Part shown: in pieces, positions 52,530-63,463 of the stretch
Layout: each line of letters begins with the position of its first letter
Numbering within the stretch: the stretch's first letter is position 1
DNA from: Aulosira sp. ZfuVER01
GTDB lineage: Bacteria > Cyanobacteriota > Cyanobacteriia > Cyanobacteriales > Nostocaceae
Assembly: GCA_034530615.2 (NCBI GenBank)
Contig: JAVRCV020000041.1
Coordinates: forward strand, 1-64,000
Length of the DNA: 64,000 bases
Direction: 5' to 3'
The notes under the pieces: model-generated
Databases searched by the model: none
What the model was told of the DNA's origin: nothing
Seen by the model: the letters and a program-made list of their open reading frames with translations, nothing else
Made by a program: the position numbers and the translations under genes

Positions 52530-54509
52530 ATGGCTACCTTTGTAGAAGTCGATCACATTGACCGGATATTTGACCTACCAAATGGCGGCAAATATATTGC
52601 CCTGAAGAATATTGAATTGAAAATCCAACAAGGGGAATTTGTTTCCCTGATTGGACACTCCGGTTGCGGTAAATCTACTCTGCTCAATATCATTGCAGGT
52701 TTAGATAGAGCCAGTATTGGCGGTGTGACTTTAGAAGGACGAGAAATCAGAGATCCCAGTCCCGATCGCATGGTAGTTTTTCAAAACTACTCTTTGCTTC
52801 CCTGGTTAAGCGTTAGAGAAAACATTGCCCTGGCTGTGGATGAAGTCTATAAAAATCAACCCAAGGGCGAACGTCGGGGAATTGTCGAAGAACATATCGA
52901 GATGGTGGGACTGCGCCATGCAGCAAATAAACGTCCGAGTGAGTTATCTGGGGGGATGAAACAACGGGTAGCGATCGCGCGCGCCTTGGCTACCCGTCCC
53001 AAGTTATTACTGCTAGACGAACCCTTTGGGGCATTGGATGCCTTAACCAGAGGGAGTTTGCAAGAACAACTGATGAAAATTTGCAACGAACACAATGTTA
53101 CCTGTGTGATGGTGACACATGATGTGGACGAGGCATTATTGTTGAGCGATCGCATCGTTATGCTCACCAATGGCCCAGAAGCTCACATCGGGCAAATTTT
53201 GGAAGTTCCCATCCCTCGTCCGCGTCATCGTCTAGAAGTAGTCAAACATCCCAGCTACTACAACCTGCGGAATGAAATTATTTACTTCCTCAACCAACAA
53301 AAGCTAGCCAAGAAGCGCAAAGCACAGCAATCAGTAGCTACACCCCACCAAGGTTTAGAAAAAGTCAATCTCGAAATTGGCTTTATGCCTCTGACTGATG
53401 CGGCACCCCTAATCGTTGCCAAAGAAAAAGGCTTCTTTGCCAAGTACGGCTTAGAAAATATCGCTCTCCACCGTGCCACTAACTGGAAGGAAATCGCTAA
53501 AGGGGTTGTCAGTGGTGAATTAGATGCAGCCCAGATGCTTGCGGGAATGCCTCTAGCCTTGACTTTGGGTGCTGGTGACAAAAAGCCCATACCTGTAGTC
53601 AATGCCTTGAATCTCTCGCGTAATGCTAACGCTATTACCTTAAGCAAAAGGTTATATAGCCAAGGTGTGAGAAACTTGGCTGACTTGAAAGCAGCGATTA
53701 ATGCGGCTCCCGACCAAATCCTCACTTTGGGTATCGTTCATCCCACATCGATGCAGAACCTGATGCTGCGTTATTGGCTGGCGGCTGGCGGCATTGATCC
53801 CGATCGAGATGTCAGCTTGACTGTGATTCCACCAACGCAAATGGTTTCCGAACTGAAAGCCGGAAAAATTGATGGTTACTGTGCCGGAGAACCTTGGAAC
53901 TACCAAGCTGTTCACCAAGACTTAGGCTTTGTTGCCGCCACAGCTTTAGAAACTTGGTCAGGACAACCAAAAAAAGTGCTGGGAGTGCGGGAAGAGTGGG
54001 CGCAAAAGTATCCAGAAACCTATCTTGCCCTCGTCAAAGCGCTGTTGGAAGCCTGCCAATATTGTGACGACCTCCGCAACCGCGAAGAGATTCTCGAATT
54101 ACTCTGCCGTTCTGAATATCTGGATATCGATCCTGTATACGTCCGTCCAGGATTTATCGATCCCTACGATCGCGGTGATGGGACAGCACCTCAAGAACTT
54201 ACAGGCTACAACCAGTTTTACCTCAATCAAACCAACTATCCCAACCGCACCGAACTACTGTGGATGGTGACTCAACTAGCACGCTGGGGCTTGACACCAT
54301 TCCCTAAAAATTGGGTGGAAGTGATTGAAAGAGTGTGCCGTACAGACATCTTTGGTGCAGCAGCACGGGATCTTGGCTTGCTCGATATCGGAGAAGATGA
54401 CCCAATTCATTTGTTTGATGGTAAAGTTTTTAACCCTTCAGAGCCAATAGAGTATCTCAAAAGCTTAGAAATCAAGCGGCAGATACGTATTGAAGAGGTA
54501 TTTATTTAG
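52530..54509 (+). CDS. nrtC: Nitrate ABC transporter ATPase with C-terminal NrtA-like domain
   Basis: GHSGCGKS, LSGGMKQ, then a solute-binding-like domain. Confidence 0.95.
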   Translation: MATFVEVDHIDRIFDLPNGGKYIALKNIELKIQQGEFVSLIGHSGCGKSTLLNIIAGLDRASIGGVTLEGREIRDPSPDRMVVFQNYSLLPWLSVRENIALAVDEVYKNQPKGERRGIVEEHIEMVGLRHAANKRPSELSGGMKQRVAIARALATRPKLLLLDEPFGALDALTRGSLQEQLMKICNEHNVTCVMVTHDVDEALLLSDRIVMLTNGPEAHIGQILEVPIPRPRHRLEVVKHPSYYNLRNEIIYFLNQQKLAKKRKAQQSVATPHQGLEKVNLEIGFMPLTDAAPLIVAKEKGFFAKYGLENIALHRATNWKEIAKGVVSGELDAAQMLAGMPLALTLGAGDKKPIPVVNALNLSRNANAITLSKRLYSQGVRNLADLKAAINAAPDQILTLGIVHPTSMQNLMLRYWLAAGGIDPDRDVSLTVIPPTQMVSELKAGKIDGYCAGEPWNYQAVHQDLGFVAATALETWSGQPKKVLGVREEWAQKYPETYLALVKALLEACQYCDDLRNREEILELLCRSEYLDIDPVYVRPGFIDPYDRGDGTAPQELTGYNQFYLNQTNYPNRTELLWMVTQLARWGLTPFPKNWVEVIERVCRTDIFGAAARDLGLLDIGEDDPIHLFDGKVFNPSEPIEYLKSLEIKRQIRIEEVFI

Positions 54510-54620
54510 TCAGGGGTCAAGAGTCAAGGGTCAAGAGTCAAGAGTAAACAGTTATTTATGTCGCCTCTGCGCCTCGGTGTGAGGCAATCATAAATCCATA
54601 CAGCAAAACTAGAAAATATC

Positions 54621-55460
54621 ATGCAAATAGTAAATAGAACTAATCAAAGCGAGAAATTACAAACACAGAAAGCAGAGAATTTTCTGGTGATTGAAGGTGT
54701 AAGCAAAATTTATCCAACTTCCGAAGGCCCTTACACCGTACTCGATGGAATTGACCTCAAAGTTCGCGAGGGTGAATTTATCTGTTTAATTGGTCACTCT
54801 GGCTGTGGTAAATCAACTCTGCTGAATATGGTTTCTGGGTTTAACACTCCTAGCGATGGAGTGGTTTTACTGCAAGACCAACCTATCACTGCACCAGGCC
54901 CAGACCGGATGATGGTGTTCCAAAACTACTGTCTACTGCCTTGGCTGAGTGTATTTGATAATGTTTACTTGGCTGTCGATGCAGTATTTCCCAAAAAGAC
55001 CCAGGCAGAAAAACGAGCCATAGTTAGAGAACATTTGGCAATGGTGGGACTGACAGAAGCTGCTGATAAAAAACCCAGTCAGATTTCTGGAGGGATGAAG
55101 CAGCGAGTTGCGATCGCCCGCGCCCTCTCTATTCGTCCGCAAGTTCTAATTCTGGATGAACCTTTCGGTGCATTAGATGCCATTACTAAAGAAGAATTAC
55201 AAGAAGAATTACTGCAAATCTGGCGGGATCATCAAGTCACCGTATTGATGATTACTCATGACATTGATGAGGCACTTTTCTTAGCCGACAGAGTTGTGAT
55301 GATGACAAACGGGCCTGCTGCTCAAATTGGTGAAATCTTAGATATTCCCTTTTCTCGGCCTCGGAATCGTCGCCGCATCATGGAAGACCCGGAATACTAT
55401 AATTTGCGGAACTACGCCCTAGACTTTCTCTATCGCCGCTTTGCTCATGAAGATGAGTAA
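54621..55460 (+). CDS. nrtD: Nitrate ABC transporter ATPase
   Basis: GHSGCGKS, SGGMKQ, DEPFGALD. Confidence 0.95.
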   Translation: MQIVNRTNQSEKLQTQKAENFLVIEGVSKIYPTSEGPYTVLDGIDLKVREGEFICLIGHSGCGKSTLLNMVSGFNTPSDGVVLLQDQPITAPGPDRMMVFQNYCLLPWLSVFDNVYLAVDAVFPKKTQAEKRAIVREHLAMVGLTEAADKKPSQISGGMKQRVAIARALSIRPQVLILDEPFGALDAITKEELQEELLQIWRDHQVTVLMITHDIDEALFLADRVVMMTNGPAAQIGEILDIPFSRPRNRRRIMEDPEYYNLRNYALDFLYRRFAHEDE

Positions 55461-55553
55461 AAGCAATGAGCAGCATTATTTGGCATCTAACTATGAAAGT
55501 ATGAATTTTGACGCATAGCTATGATGCCATTTTTACATTTATACCAGCAAAAT

Positions 55554-55595
55554 GTAATTGCAGATACAAATCAACTTGCTATGTAATTCTAACTT
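55554..55595 (+). promoter_or_regulatory. Internal NtcA-type promoter upstream of nrtP-narB
   Basis: GTAATTGCAGATAC (55554-55567), 22 nt, TAACTT (55590-55595). Confidence 0.75.
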
Positions 55596-55766
55596 TAGTT
55601 ATTAGCAATAATTGAGACACTCCCTGGAGGCTCACTAATAAGGGAGTAATAATTTCAGGCTTAGATCCAGTACCAATAAATAACAACAAATATCTGATTC
55701 GAGCAGGGTAATTCAACAATTATCCCTGTATTGTTCCGTGCAATTTTGTAATTGAGGAAACTTTGA

Positions 55767-57269
55767 ATGCTCAAAGGATTATTTTCATTCAGGGATCGCT
55801 ATCGTATCCTACATCAGACTTGGTTTGCCTTTTTTCTCACCTTTGTCTGTTGGTTTAACTTTGCTCCCTTTGCAACCACAATTGGTAAGCAACTACATTT
55901 AGCACCTGAGCAAATTAAAACTTTGGGCATCTGTAACCTTGCCCTCACAATTCCTGCACGACTAATTATTGGGATGTTGCTGGATCGTTTCGGCCCCAGA
56001 ATCACCTACTCAATCCTGTTAATGTTTGCTGCTGTTCCTTGTTTAGCAACAGCGCTATCACAGGACTTTAATCAATTAGTCATCAGCCGCTTGTTGATGG
56101 GAATTGTTGGTTCTGGATTCGTTGTTGGTATCCGTATGGTAGCCGAGTGGTTCCCCCCGAAAGAAATGGGAAGTGCCCAAGGTATTTATGGCGGTTGGGG
56201 TAACTTTGGTGCTTTTGGTGCAGAGTTTGCCCTACCAATGATTGCCGTTGCTACAAGCTTTTTAGCTGGTGGTGCTTCTAACTGGCGGTTCGCGATCGCT
56301 CTTACAGGTATCATTGCTGCTATCTACGGCGTGATTTATTACAACAGCGTCCAAGATACGCCTGCTGGTAAAGTCTACAAGAAACCCAAGAAAAATGGTG
56401 CTTTGGAAGTAACCAGCGTTAAAAGCTTCTGGGCAATGATTCTTTCAAATTTTGGATTAATTTTTGCCTTGGGTTTATTAGCTTGGCGCTTAGAACAAAA
56501 GAATATTCACTTTCTCAATCAAACCCAAATGTATTTGGCTTGGGTAGTGTTAGCAGGATTATTTGCTTATCAAACCTACAAAGCTTATCAAGTTAATAAA
56601 GAATTACTAATTGGCAAAAGAACCTACCCACCTGCTCAACGCTATCAGTTTAGTCAAGTTGCTTTACTTGAATTCACCTATGTTACTAACTTTGGTAGCG
56701 AGTTAGCAGCAGTTTCCATGCTCCCAGCCTTCTTTGAAAAAACCTTTGGTTTAGAGCATGTAGTAGCTGGAATGATCGCTGCTACTTATCCGTTTTTAAA
56801 CTTAATTTCTCGTCCCAGTGGGGGCTTAATTTCTGATAAATTTGGCTCACGCAAATGGACAATGACAATTATCAGTGCTGGTATTGGTGTTGGCTACTTG
56901 ATGGCACATTTTATTAGTAGTAGCTGGCCAATTCCTTTAGCGATCGCAGTCACTATGTTTGCTGCTTACTTTGCCCAAGCTGGTTGTGGTGCGACCTACG
57001 GCATTGTACCCCTAATTAAAAAAGAAGCCACTGGACAAATCGCTGGTAATGTCGGAGCTTACGGTAATTTCGGTGGCGTAGTATATCTGACAATTTTTAG
57101 CTTAACTGACGCATCAACACTCTTTAGCACAATGGGTGTAGCAGCTATAATTTGCGCTTTTATGTGTGGTTTCTTCCTTAAAGAACCGAAAGGATCTTTT
57201 GCAGGCGCACCTGAAGATGAATTATCAGAAACGTTAACACAAAAGCCTTCTGTTCTAGCTGAAGAATAA
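55767..57269 (+). CDS. nrtP: MFS nitrate/nitrite permease (NarK/NRT2 family)
   Basis: 12-TM MFS, AEWFP..MGSAQGIYGGWGNFG nitrate signature, GAYGNFG. Confidence 0.92.
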   Translation: MLKGLFSFRDRYRILHQTWFAFFLTFVCWFNFAPFATTIGKQLHLAPEQIKTLGICNLALTIPARLIIGMLLDRFGPRITYSILLMFAAVPCLATALSQDFNQLVISRLLMGIVGSGFVVGIRMVAEWFPPKEMGSAQGIYGGWGNFGAFGAEFALPMIAVATSFLAGGASNWRFAIALTGIIAAIYGVIYYNSVQDTPAGKVYKKPKKNGALEVTSVKSFWAMILSNFGLIFALGLLAWRLEQKNIHFLNQTQMYLAWVVLAGLFAYQTYKAYQVNKELLIGKRTYPPAQRYQFSQVALLEFTYVTNFGSELAAVSMLPAFFEKTFGLEHVVAGMIAATYPFLNLISRPSGGLISDKFGSRKWTMTIISAGIGVGYLMAHFISSSWPIPLAIAVTMFAAYFAQAGCGATYGIVPLIKKEATGQIAGNVGAYGNFGGVVYLTIFSLTDASTLFSTMGVAAIICAFMCGFFLKEPKGSFAGAPEDELSETLTQKPSVLAEE

Positions 57270-57432
57270 TTTTATCAATATGAAACCACAGACAAATACA
57301 GAAAACACTTCAATCTTTATCTGTATACATCTGTGGTTTTAATTACCTCAATATCGGATTGATGTACACCATACGTATTTTTCCATCTGGCGCTGTGCTT
57401 GGTGTTGCAAAATCCCCAATAGGATAATTGCC

Positions 57433-59619
57433 ATGAGTGAATTTACCAAAACCCAATGTCCTTACTGTGGTGTTGGCTGTGGACTAGAAGTTTCGCCCCC
57501 AGCTCAACACGGCAAAGCAACTCATCGGGATAGTCAAGGAACTCCAATTTGGCGGGTGCGAGGAGACAAAGCTCACCCATCTAGCCAGGGTATGGTTTGT
57601 GTTAAAGGTGCAACAATCGCTGAGTCTTTGGATAAAAATAGACTGCATCATCCAATGGTACGAGACTCTTTAGATCAAAAGTTTCGTCGCGCCAGTTGGG
57701 ATGAAGCTCTCGATCTGATCGCGAAGCGGATTCAAACCGTGCGCGTTACCCAAGGGTCAGAAGCTATATGTATGTATGGTTCCGGTCAGTTTCAAACCGA
57801 AGATTATTACATTGCCCAAAAACTCATGAAAGGATGTTTGGGTAGTAATAATTTTGATGCCAATTCACGTTTATGTATGTCTAGCGCTGTAGCTGGATAC
57901 ATTCAAAGCTTTGGCGCTGATGGCCCACCTTGTTGTTACGATGACTTAGAGTTAACCGACTGTGCATTTTTAATTGGTACGAATACTGCTGAATGTCATC
58001 CAATAGTTTTCAATCGCTTGGCGAAGTACCACAAAAAAAATCGCAAAGTCAAAATGATTGTGGTCGATCCCCGACGCACACCCACCGCAGAAGCAGCTGA
58101 CCTCCATTTAGCCATACGTCCGGGTACAGATATCGACTTGTTAAATGGTATTGCTCATCTGTTAATGCGCTGGAACTATATAGAGCCTAGCTTCATTGAA
58201 GACTGCACCAGCAACTTTCCTGCTTACGCTGAAGTAATTCGTCACTATGCTCCAGACATAGTGGCGAATCGTTGTGGAATCAGCGTTGCAGATTTAGAAA
58301 CAGCCGCCCGCTATTGGGGTCAATCTCAAAGAGTGCTGTCTCTGTGGTCAATGGGTGTGAACCAGTCAAGTGAAGGTACAGCTAAGGTAAGAACGATTAT
58401 TAATCTGCACCTGATGACTGGACAGATTGGCAAACCAGGAGCCGGGCCTTTTTCTTTGACTGGTCAACCAAATGCGATGGGAGGAAGGGAAGCCGGAGGT
58501 TTAGCACACTTATTACCTGGTTATCGCTTGGTAAAAAACCCCCAGCATCGTGAAGAAGTTGAAGATTTGTGGGGACTGAAGCGAGGACAAATTTCACCCA
58601 ATCCCGGTTTAACAGCCTGGGATATGATTACTGGATTAGAAGATGGCACAGTGGGATTGCTGTGGATTGCTGCTACGAACCCAGCTGTGAGTATGCCAGA
58701 TTTGGAACGGACTAAAAAAGCATTGTTGCGATCGCCCTTCACTGTCTACCAAGATGCTTATTACCCGACAGAAACCGCTACTTACGCCCACGTCCTGTTA
58801 CCTGCTGCTCAGTGGGGTGAAAAAACTGGGGTGATGACCAATTCCGAACGCACAGTCACTTTATGTCCAGCATTCCGCGAACCACCAAGAGAAGCCAAAC
58901 CAGATTGGGAAATTTTTGCCGAAGTCGGTCGGAGATTAGGCTTTGAGAAAGAATTTGCCTTTGCCAACTCCGCTGAGGTCTATGCTGAATTTGTGCAACT
59001 AACTCGCCACCGTCCCTGTGACATGACTGCTCTTAGTCACGAAAAATTACAAGCACAAGGCCCCACTCAATGGCCTTGTTCTCAGGAGCAAAAATCAACT
59101 CAAGATTCTAAAAGACTTTATACAGATCTCCGCTTTCACACTCCTGATGGTCGGGCGCGCTTTGGAGCATATCACTCACGAGGTTTGGCAGAACCACCAG
59201 ATCCTAATTATCCCTTTGTGCTGACAACAGGAAGGCTTTACGGACATTGGCACACCCTAACCCGTACTGGTCGAATTGAAAAAATTCAGCAAATGCATCC
59301 CGAACCCTTCATTGAGATTCATCCTCGCGATGCGGCTGCTTTAGGAATTAGCGATAACCAGTGGTTAGAAGTGCGATCGCGTCGAGGTAAAGCAAAATTT
59401 CCGGCAAAAGTCACAAAAGCGATCGCTCCTGGCACAGTTTTTGTCCCTATGCATTGGGGTGCGCTGTGGGCCAATGAAGCTGAAGCTAATGCTCTCACCC
59501 ATCCCGAATCTTGTCCCGATTCATTGCAACCGGAATTAAAGGCTTGTGCAGTACAACTGACACCAATTTCTTTGGAAGTTACCCTCAAAAATTATCAACT
59601 CCAATCCTCACAATGGTAA
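57433..59619 (+). CDS. narB: Ferredoxin-nitrate reductase (Mo-bisPGD)
   Basis: CPYCGVGC...[23 protein letters not shown]. Confidence 0.97.
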   Translation: MSEFTKTQCPYCGVGCGLEVSPPAQHGKATHRDSQGTPIWRVRGDKAHPSSQGMVCVKGATIAESLDKNRLHHPMVRDSLDQKFRRASWDEALDLIAKRIQTVRVTQGSEAICMYGSGQFQTEDYYIAQKLMKGCLGSNNFDANSRLCMSSAVAGYIQSFGADGPPCCYDDLELTDCAFLIGTNTAECHPIVFNRLAKYHKKNRKVKMIVVDPRRTPTAEAADLHLAIRPGTDIDLLNGIAHLLMRWNYIEPSFIEDCTSNFPAYAEVIRHYAPDIVANRCGISVADLETAARYWGQSQRVLSLWSMGVNQSSEGTAKVRTIINLHLMTGQIGKPGAGPFSLTGQPNAMGGREAGGLAHLLPGYRLVKNPQHREEVEDLWGLKRGQISPNPGLTAWDMITGLEDGTVGLLWIAATNPAVSMPDLERTKKALLRSPFTVYQDAYYPTETATYAHVLLPAAQWGEKTGVMTNSERTVTLCPAFREPPREAKPDWEIFAEVGRRLGFEKEFAFANSAEVYAEFVQLTRHRPCDMTALSHEKLQAQGPTQWPCSQEQKSTQDSKRLYTDLRFHTPDGRARFGAYHSRGLAEPPDPNYPFVLTTGRLYGHWHTLTRTGRIEKIQQMHPEPFIEIHPRDAAALGISDNQWLEVRSRRGKAKFPAKVTKAIAPGTVFVPMHWGALWANEAEANALTHPESCPDSLQPELKACAVQLTPISLEVTLKNYQLQSSQW

Positions 59620-59771
59620 GCTGCTAAATAGATTTTAAACAGGGAATTGATAATTAAATCCATAGTTAATAGTCAATAGTTACGATTCTTTTTTCTAATC
59701 CTCTAGATTTATCTATGGGATTTTTTTTATGTTTGACTGTTAATTTGAGACTGCAAATTAGGGTGTAGCAA

Positions 59772-60224
59772 ATGAGAAAACTCTTCAGACGAATGTTAGA
59801 CACTACCAAAGATGAAAAATTTATGCACCTCATTGAAAAAGTAGAGGTGATAGTTTCTAAGGTACTATCTTTGTTTATGGTATTGGTAATTTTGGTAGCT
59901 ATTTGGGATCTAGCAATCTTTCTATTCAGAGAATTATTTACCGCCCCATACGGTAAATTTAATAGTATATTATTTAAGGTTTTTGGTTTATTCTTAAATA
60001 TTTTAATTGCTTTAGAAATTTTAGAAAATATAACTGCTTATCTAAGAAAACATGTAGTTCAGGTTGAATTAGTAATTGTAACATCTTTAATTGCTGTTGC
60101 CAGAAAAATTATTATTCTTGACTTAGAAAAAGTCTCAGGAATTGATATCATTGGTTTAGGAATTGCCGTTTTAGCTCTTTCAATTAGCTATTTAATAATT
60201 CGTTTTAGTAATTCTCGAAATTAA
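59772..60224 (+). CDS. PsiE-like membrane protein
   Basis: Four TMs, LEILENI, IAVARKII. Confidence 0.8.
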   Translation: MRKLFRRMLDTTKDEKFMHLIEKVEVIVSKVLSLFMVLVILVAIWDLAIFLFRELFTAPYGKFNSILFKVFGLFLNILIALEILENITAYLRKHVVQVELVIVTSLIAVARKIIILDLEKVSGIDIIGLGIAVLALSISYLIIRFSNSRN

Positions 60225-60301
60225 CCTTAAACATACAACTAACCTTTTCCATCGCATCTAGGAAGATGAGAAAGACTGGACAAGAAGGAGAAGAGAGAAA
60301 T

Positions 60302-60387
60302 AATACCAATTCTGCAAAAAATGCCTACAGATGTTGATGCGAGAACGTGAAGATTGATCTGTGGCGAGATTACAGAGAATCTGTATA
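60302..60387. repeat. Degenerate MITE-like element (ATACCAATT...ACAGAT / ATCTGT...GTAT ends)
   Basis: Imperfect terminal inverted repeats; half copy ATCTGTCGCATTCTTTTTGCAAATTTGTATA at about 76-106. Confidence 0.45.
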
Positions 60388-60535
60388 ACTAATTGCTGTT
60401 ATCAGGGCAAATTTAACCCATATCTCTCATTGCCAACTGAATATTTCACCAAACCTGCCCCTACGGCTTATTACTTATTCCCTTCTTGACTATTGACTGT
60501 TGACTGTGGACTCTTAATAAATGACTAACTGACTA

Positions 60536-60997
60536 ATGACAAATAACAAAATCTTTTTTGAATTCGAGGCAGATTTCGTGGAATCTCTCCGTTGCATACC
60601 CATGCAGGTGCGCTACAAACTAGATACCAGTGGTATCAAACTCAAGTTGTCTGATTGGCATCAAATGTCTCAAGCTGAACGTGAAGCTTTAGTTGAATTA
60701 CCTTGCACTACAGAAACAGAAATTCAATCTTATCGGCAACATCTCGAACAGTTAATTTTAAACCTTACGGGTATACCAGCTAAACAATTACCAATTGAAC
60801 CCGATCCAGCATGGATGGACTCTAATAATATTCCGGTTAGTGTTCAAGAGCAAGCTCAAGAACTAGGTATCACTATCACAACTCAACAATGGAAATCGTT
60901 AACTTTTTTACAGCGGTTTGCGTTGATTAAACTCAGTCGTTCAGGGCATGAAAATAAAAACTTTTCCCAAGCAATCAAAGAATTTTGCCTGCTTTAA
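60536..60997 (+). CDS. narM: Nitrate reductase maturation protein NarM
   Basis: FFEFEADF..SLRCIPMQVRYKLD, QRFALIKLSR.GHEN. Confidence 0.92.
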   Translation: MTNNKIFFEFEADFVESLRCIPMQVRYKLDTSGIKLKLSDWHQMSQAEREALVELPCTTETEIQSYRQHLEQLILNLTGIPAKQLPIEPDPAWMDSNNIPVSVQEQAQELGITITTQQWKSLTFLQRFALIKLSRSGHENKNFSQAIKEFCLL

Positions 60998-61161
60998 GAA
61001 TACCTGCGCCCATTTTCTGAAACACTCATAGGCTGAAAGCTCGGTTGCTCAACTTACAGAGCTTACCTGTGTGGGTTGAAATCCTTACAGCCTAAGCAGG
61101 TGGTCTTTTTTTGTATAGCGACATCCTTCTAGGGTGTCGGATTTTGGTAAAGGTTGTTATC

Positions 61162-61280
61162 TAAACCACATCTATTTTGAGAACCATAGTTTTAAAAGTA
61201 GTGGGAGCATCTTGCTCCCTGCTCTTCGTAGTGGGCAAAGATGCCCGCACTACTCCAGGTTAAAAAATGGACGAGGTTTA
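61162..61280. mobile_element. MITE-like element with internal REP-like double hairpin
   Basis: Ends TAAACCACATCTATTT / AAATGGACGAGGTTTA (13/16 inverted match); inside GTAGTGGGAGCATCTTGCTCCC...GGGCAAAGATGCCCGCACTAC. Confidence 0.55.
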
Positions 61281-61435
61281 AATACCAATTTGAAATTTGT
61301 ATGATTTTCCCTAGCGTTAACGAAAATCCATAACACTTAGATTTTACTCCTTGCGGTTTCTAACCCAGAGGCGATCGCATAAATGTGGTCAAGACTACTA
61401 AATTATGTAATCAATTAACGTACATTGAATTTGCA

Positions 61436-61536
61436 CTAGTACAGTACAACAAAAGCAAAGATCCCATTAAACACAGTGCGAGACAAAAATAAAAGTTTTT
61501 TGACTTCTGAGTTTTGATTGCCTCCGCAGCAGTACC
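61436..61536 (+). repeat. Third, more degenerate copy of the CTAGTAC element
   Basis: CTAGTACAG...CCCATT...TTTTGACTTCTGA...CCGCAGCAGTAC. Confidence 0.45.
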
Positions 61537-61830
61537 AATACAACCCAGTGGAATCAAGACACCATTCAAAGCTTACCAGCAGCGGATCACACAATTTTAA
61601 TGTTTAGGCAGCGAATTTCGGATTCCTGAGCAGAGAGTAAAGCTATAGTGTATTTAGCCATGCCGCAGTTACAGCAGTCAAAAATAGTATATGAACAAGT
61701 CTAGAGTTGAAATCCAGGTACGGCAGATAATTTTTGTGCACCACCCAAATGAGATTGCTGTAAATTGGTTAAGCTTAAGTTCTGATCCCAAAGTATTTTA
61801 ATAATTAGTTGAGACACGCACTCTAACTCG

Positions 61831-63198
61831 ATGACAGGCAAAAACGCAAGACATAATGCATTTCTGCGGCTAGTGTCTGGTAATGGAGCACCTTATAGGT
61901 CAGAATTCCGCTACTCGCTGCTCCCCAGTAAAGAGATGATCGTTGGACGCGACCCCAGCTGCCAAATTGTCTTGGATGCCATGTTGTACAGGATGGTATC
62001 TCGTCGTCATGCTGTGGTTCGCCCCCTCTCTTCGTCTCCAGATAACAAATTCAGCTGGCTCATTTGTGATTTGAACAGTGCTAACGGCACTTATTTAAAT
62101 GGACAGCGTTTGCAAGGTTGTCAGGAATTACACCCAGGCGATCGCATTTCTTTGGGTGCTGATGGACCGCAATTTGTATTCGAGCATGAATATTTCTCCC
62201 AAGCCACCATCATGACCAGGCCAGCGACACCGCTGCCATCTGCTGGGAGTTTTCAAGGGCAATCAAAAGCTGATTCGGTGAGCTTTACCCAACTGTTCCC
62301 GATTATTTCTACTGGTAAAGATTTAACTCGTAAAGCTTACCTCGTACCAGGAATCCTCACAGTAGTTTTTGTAGTATTGATGTTTGCTACGGTAGGTAAA
62401 CCGCAAGCCAATCAAGTTATTGTAGCGAGTTATATAGCTTTTGCTGCCTATTATTTTGTTTACCAGCTTTGTGGCAAACAGAAGCCTTGGTGGGTGCTTG
62501 TATCTGTAGCCTTAGGTACAGCAGTGATTCTGAAAAGTCCGCTGTTAGATTTCTTTATTTTCGTGTTTCGCGGTATTTTGCCTGGTAGCTTGCCTTCATC
62601 TCAGGATTCGCTTACCTTCACCGAACTGCTGATCCGGATGTTTTTTGGTGCTGGGTTAATGGAGGAATTACTGAAGGCATTACCTGTATTAGCAGCGCTG
62701 ATATTCGGTCTGACCTTACCTTCACCTTGGCGAGAACGTATAGGTATTTGGGAACCTTTAGATGGGATTCTATTGGGAACTGCTTCTGCTGTAGGTTTCA
62801 CTCTGCTAGAAACTCTTGGGCAGTATGTGCCAGTTATTACTCAAAATGTTGCTCAACAGGCAGGAGTAGGAACTGGCCAACTGGTGGGATTGCAATTACT
62901 AATTCCGCGCATTTTAGGCTCTGTAGCAGGACACATGGCTTACAGTGGCTATCTGGGGTATTTTATCGGCTTGGCTGTTCTTAAACCGCGTCTAATTTGG
63001 CAAATTCTCCCGATTGGTTATGTTAGCGCTGCTGCACTCCATGCCTTGTGGAATGCCACTGGTTCGATCAATGCCTTATTGTTGGTGGTTGTTGGGGTGT
63101 TATCTTATGCCTTTTTGATGGCGGCAATTCTCAAGGCACGCGCTTTGTCACCAACGCGATCGCAGAATTTTGCTACCCGCTTTCTTGGCCCTAAGTAA
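61831..63198 (+). CDS. FHA-domain PrsW-family intramembrane protease
   Basis: FHA GR...VSRRHA...SANGT; EELLK, FTLLE, GHMAY, LHALWN. Confidence 0.9.
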   Translation: MTGKNARHNAFLRLVSGNGAPYRSEFRYSLLPSKEMIVGRDPSCQIVLDAMLYRMVSRRHAVVRPLSSSPDNKFSWLICDLNSANGTYLNGQRLQGCQELHPGDRISLGADGPQFVFEHEYFSQATIMTRPATPLPSAGSFQGQSKADSVSFTQLFPIISTGKDLTRKAYLVPGILTVVFVVLMFATVGKPQANQVIVASYIAFAAYYFVYQLCGKQKPWWVLVSVALGTAVILKSPLLDFFIFVFRGILPGSLPSSQDSLTFTELLIRMFFGAGLMEELLKALPVLAALIFGLTLPSPWRERIGIWEPLDGILLGTASAVGFTLLETLGQYVPVITQNVAQQAGVGTGQLVGLQLLIPRILGSVAGHMAYSGYLGYFIGLAVLKPRLIWQILPIGYVSAAALHALWNATGSINALLLVVVGVLSYAFLMAAILKARALSPTRSQNFATRFLGPK

Positions 63199-63463
63199 CA
63201 GATGGAAAGCAGAGGGGACAAGGAGGAGGAGGGAGAATAACTAATGACTCTTGCCTTTTGGCAAATGACATTAACTATTTTATGCCTTGGGACAGATGGC
63301 GCTAATGTGTAAATCAGCCTATAGTCTGAATTATGCTGGTTTAACCATGCTTAACAAAAATCAGCAATAAATTATAAGACCCGCAATACAAGTGTCGAGT
63401 GCGGGCAAAGCTAATATTAGCCGAAAGTAAATCCCGATTGAGGGATATTTCAGACAACTGAAT

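Noticed and set aside
50221..55460. cmpABCD bicarbonate transporter
   Set aside because: Position between nirA and narB under an NtcA promoter indicates nrtABCD
61624..61649. DIF1-like TCCTGA heterocyst promoter upstream of prsW
   Set aside because: One mismatch to TCCGGA and only 14 nt to the TATAGT box; too weak without TSS data
119..63000. Many short antisense or out-of-frame ORFs in the track (e.g. 2003-2527, 49135-49503, 53282-53725)
   Set aside because: Shadow frames of well-supported genes with no motifs
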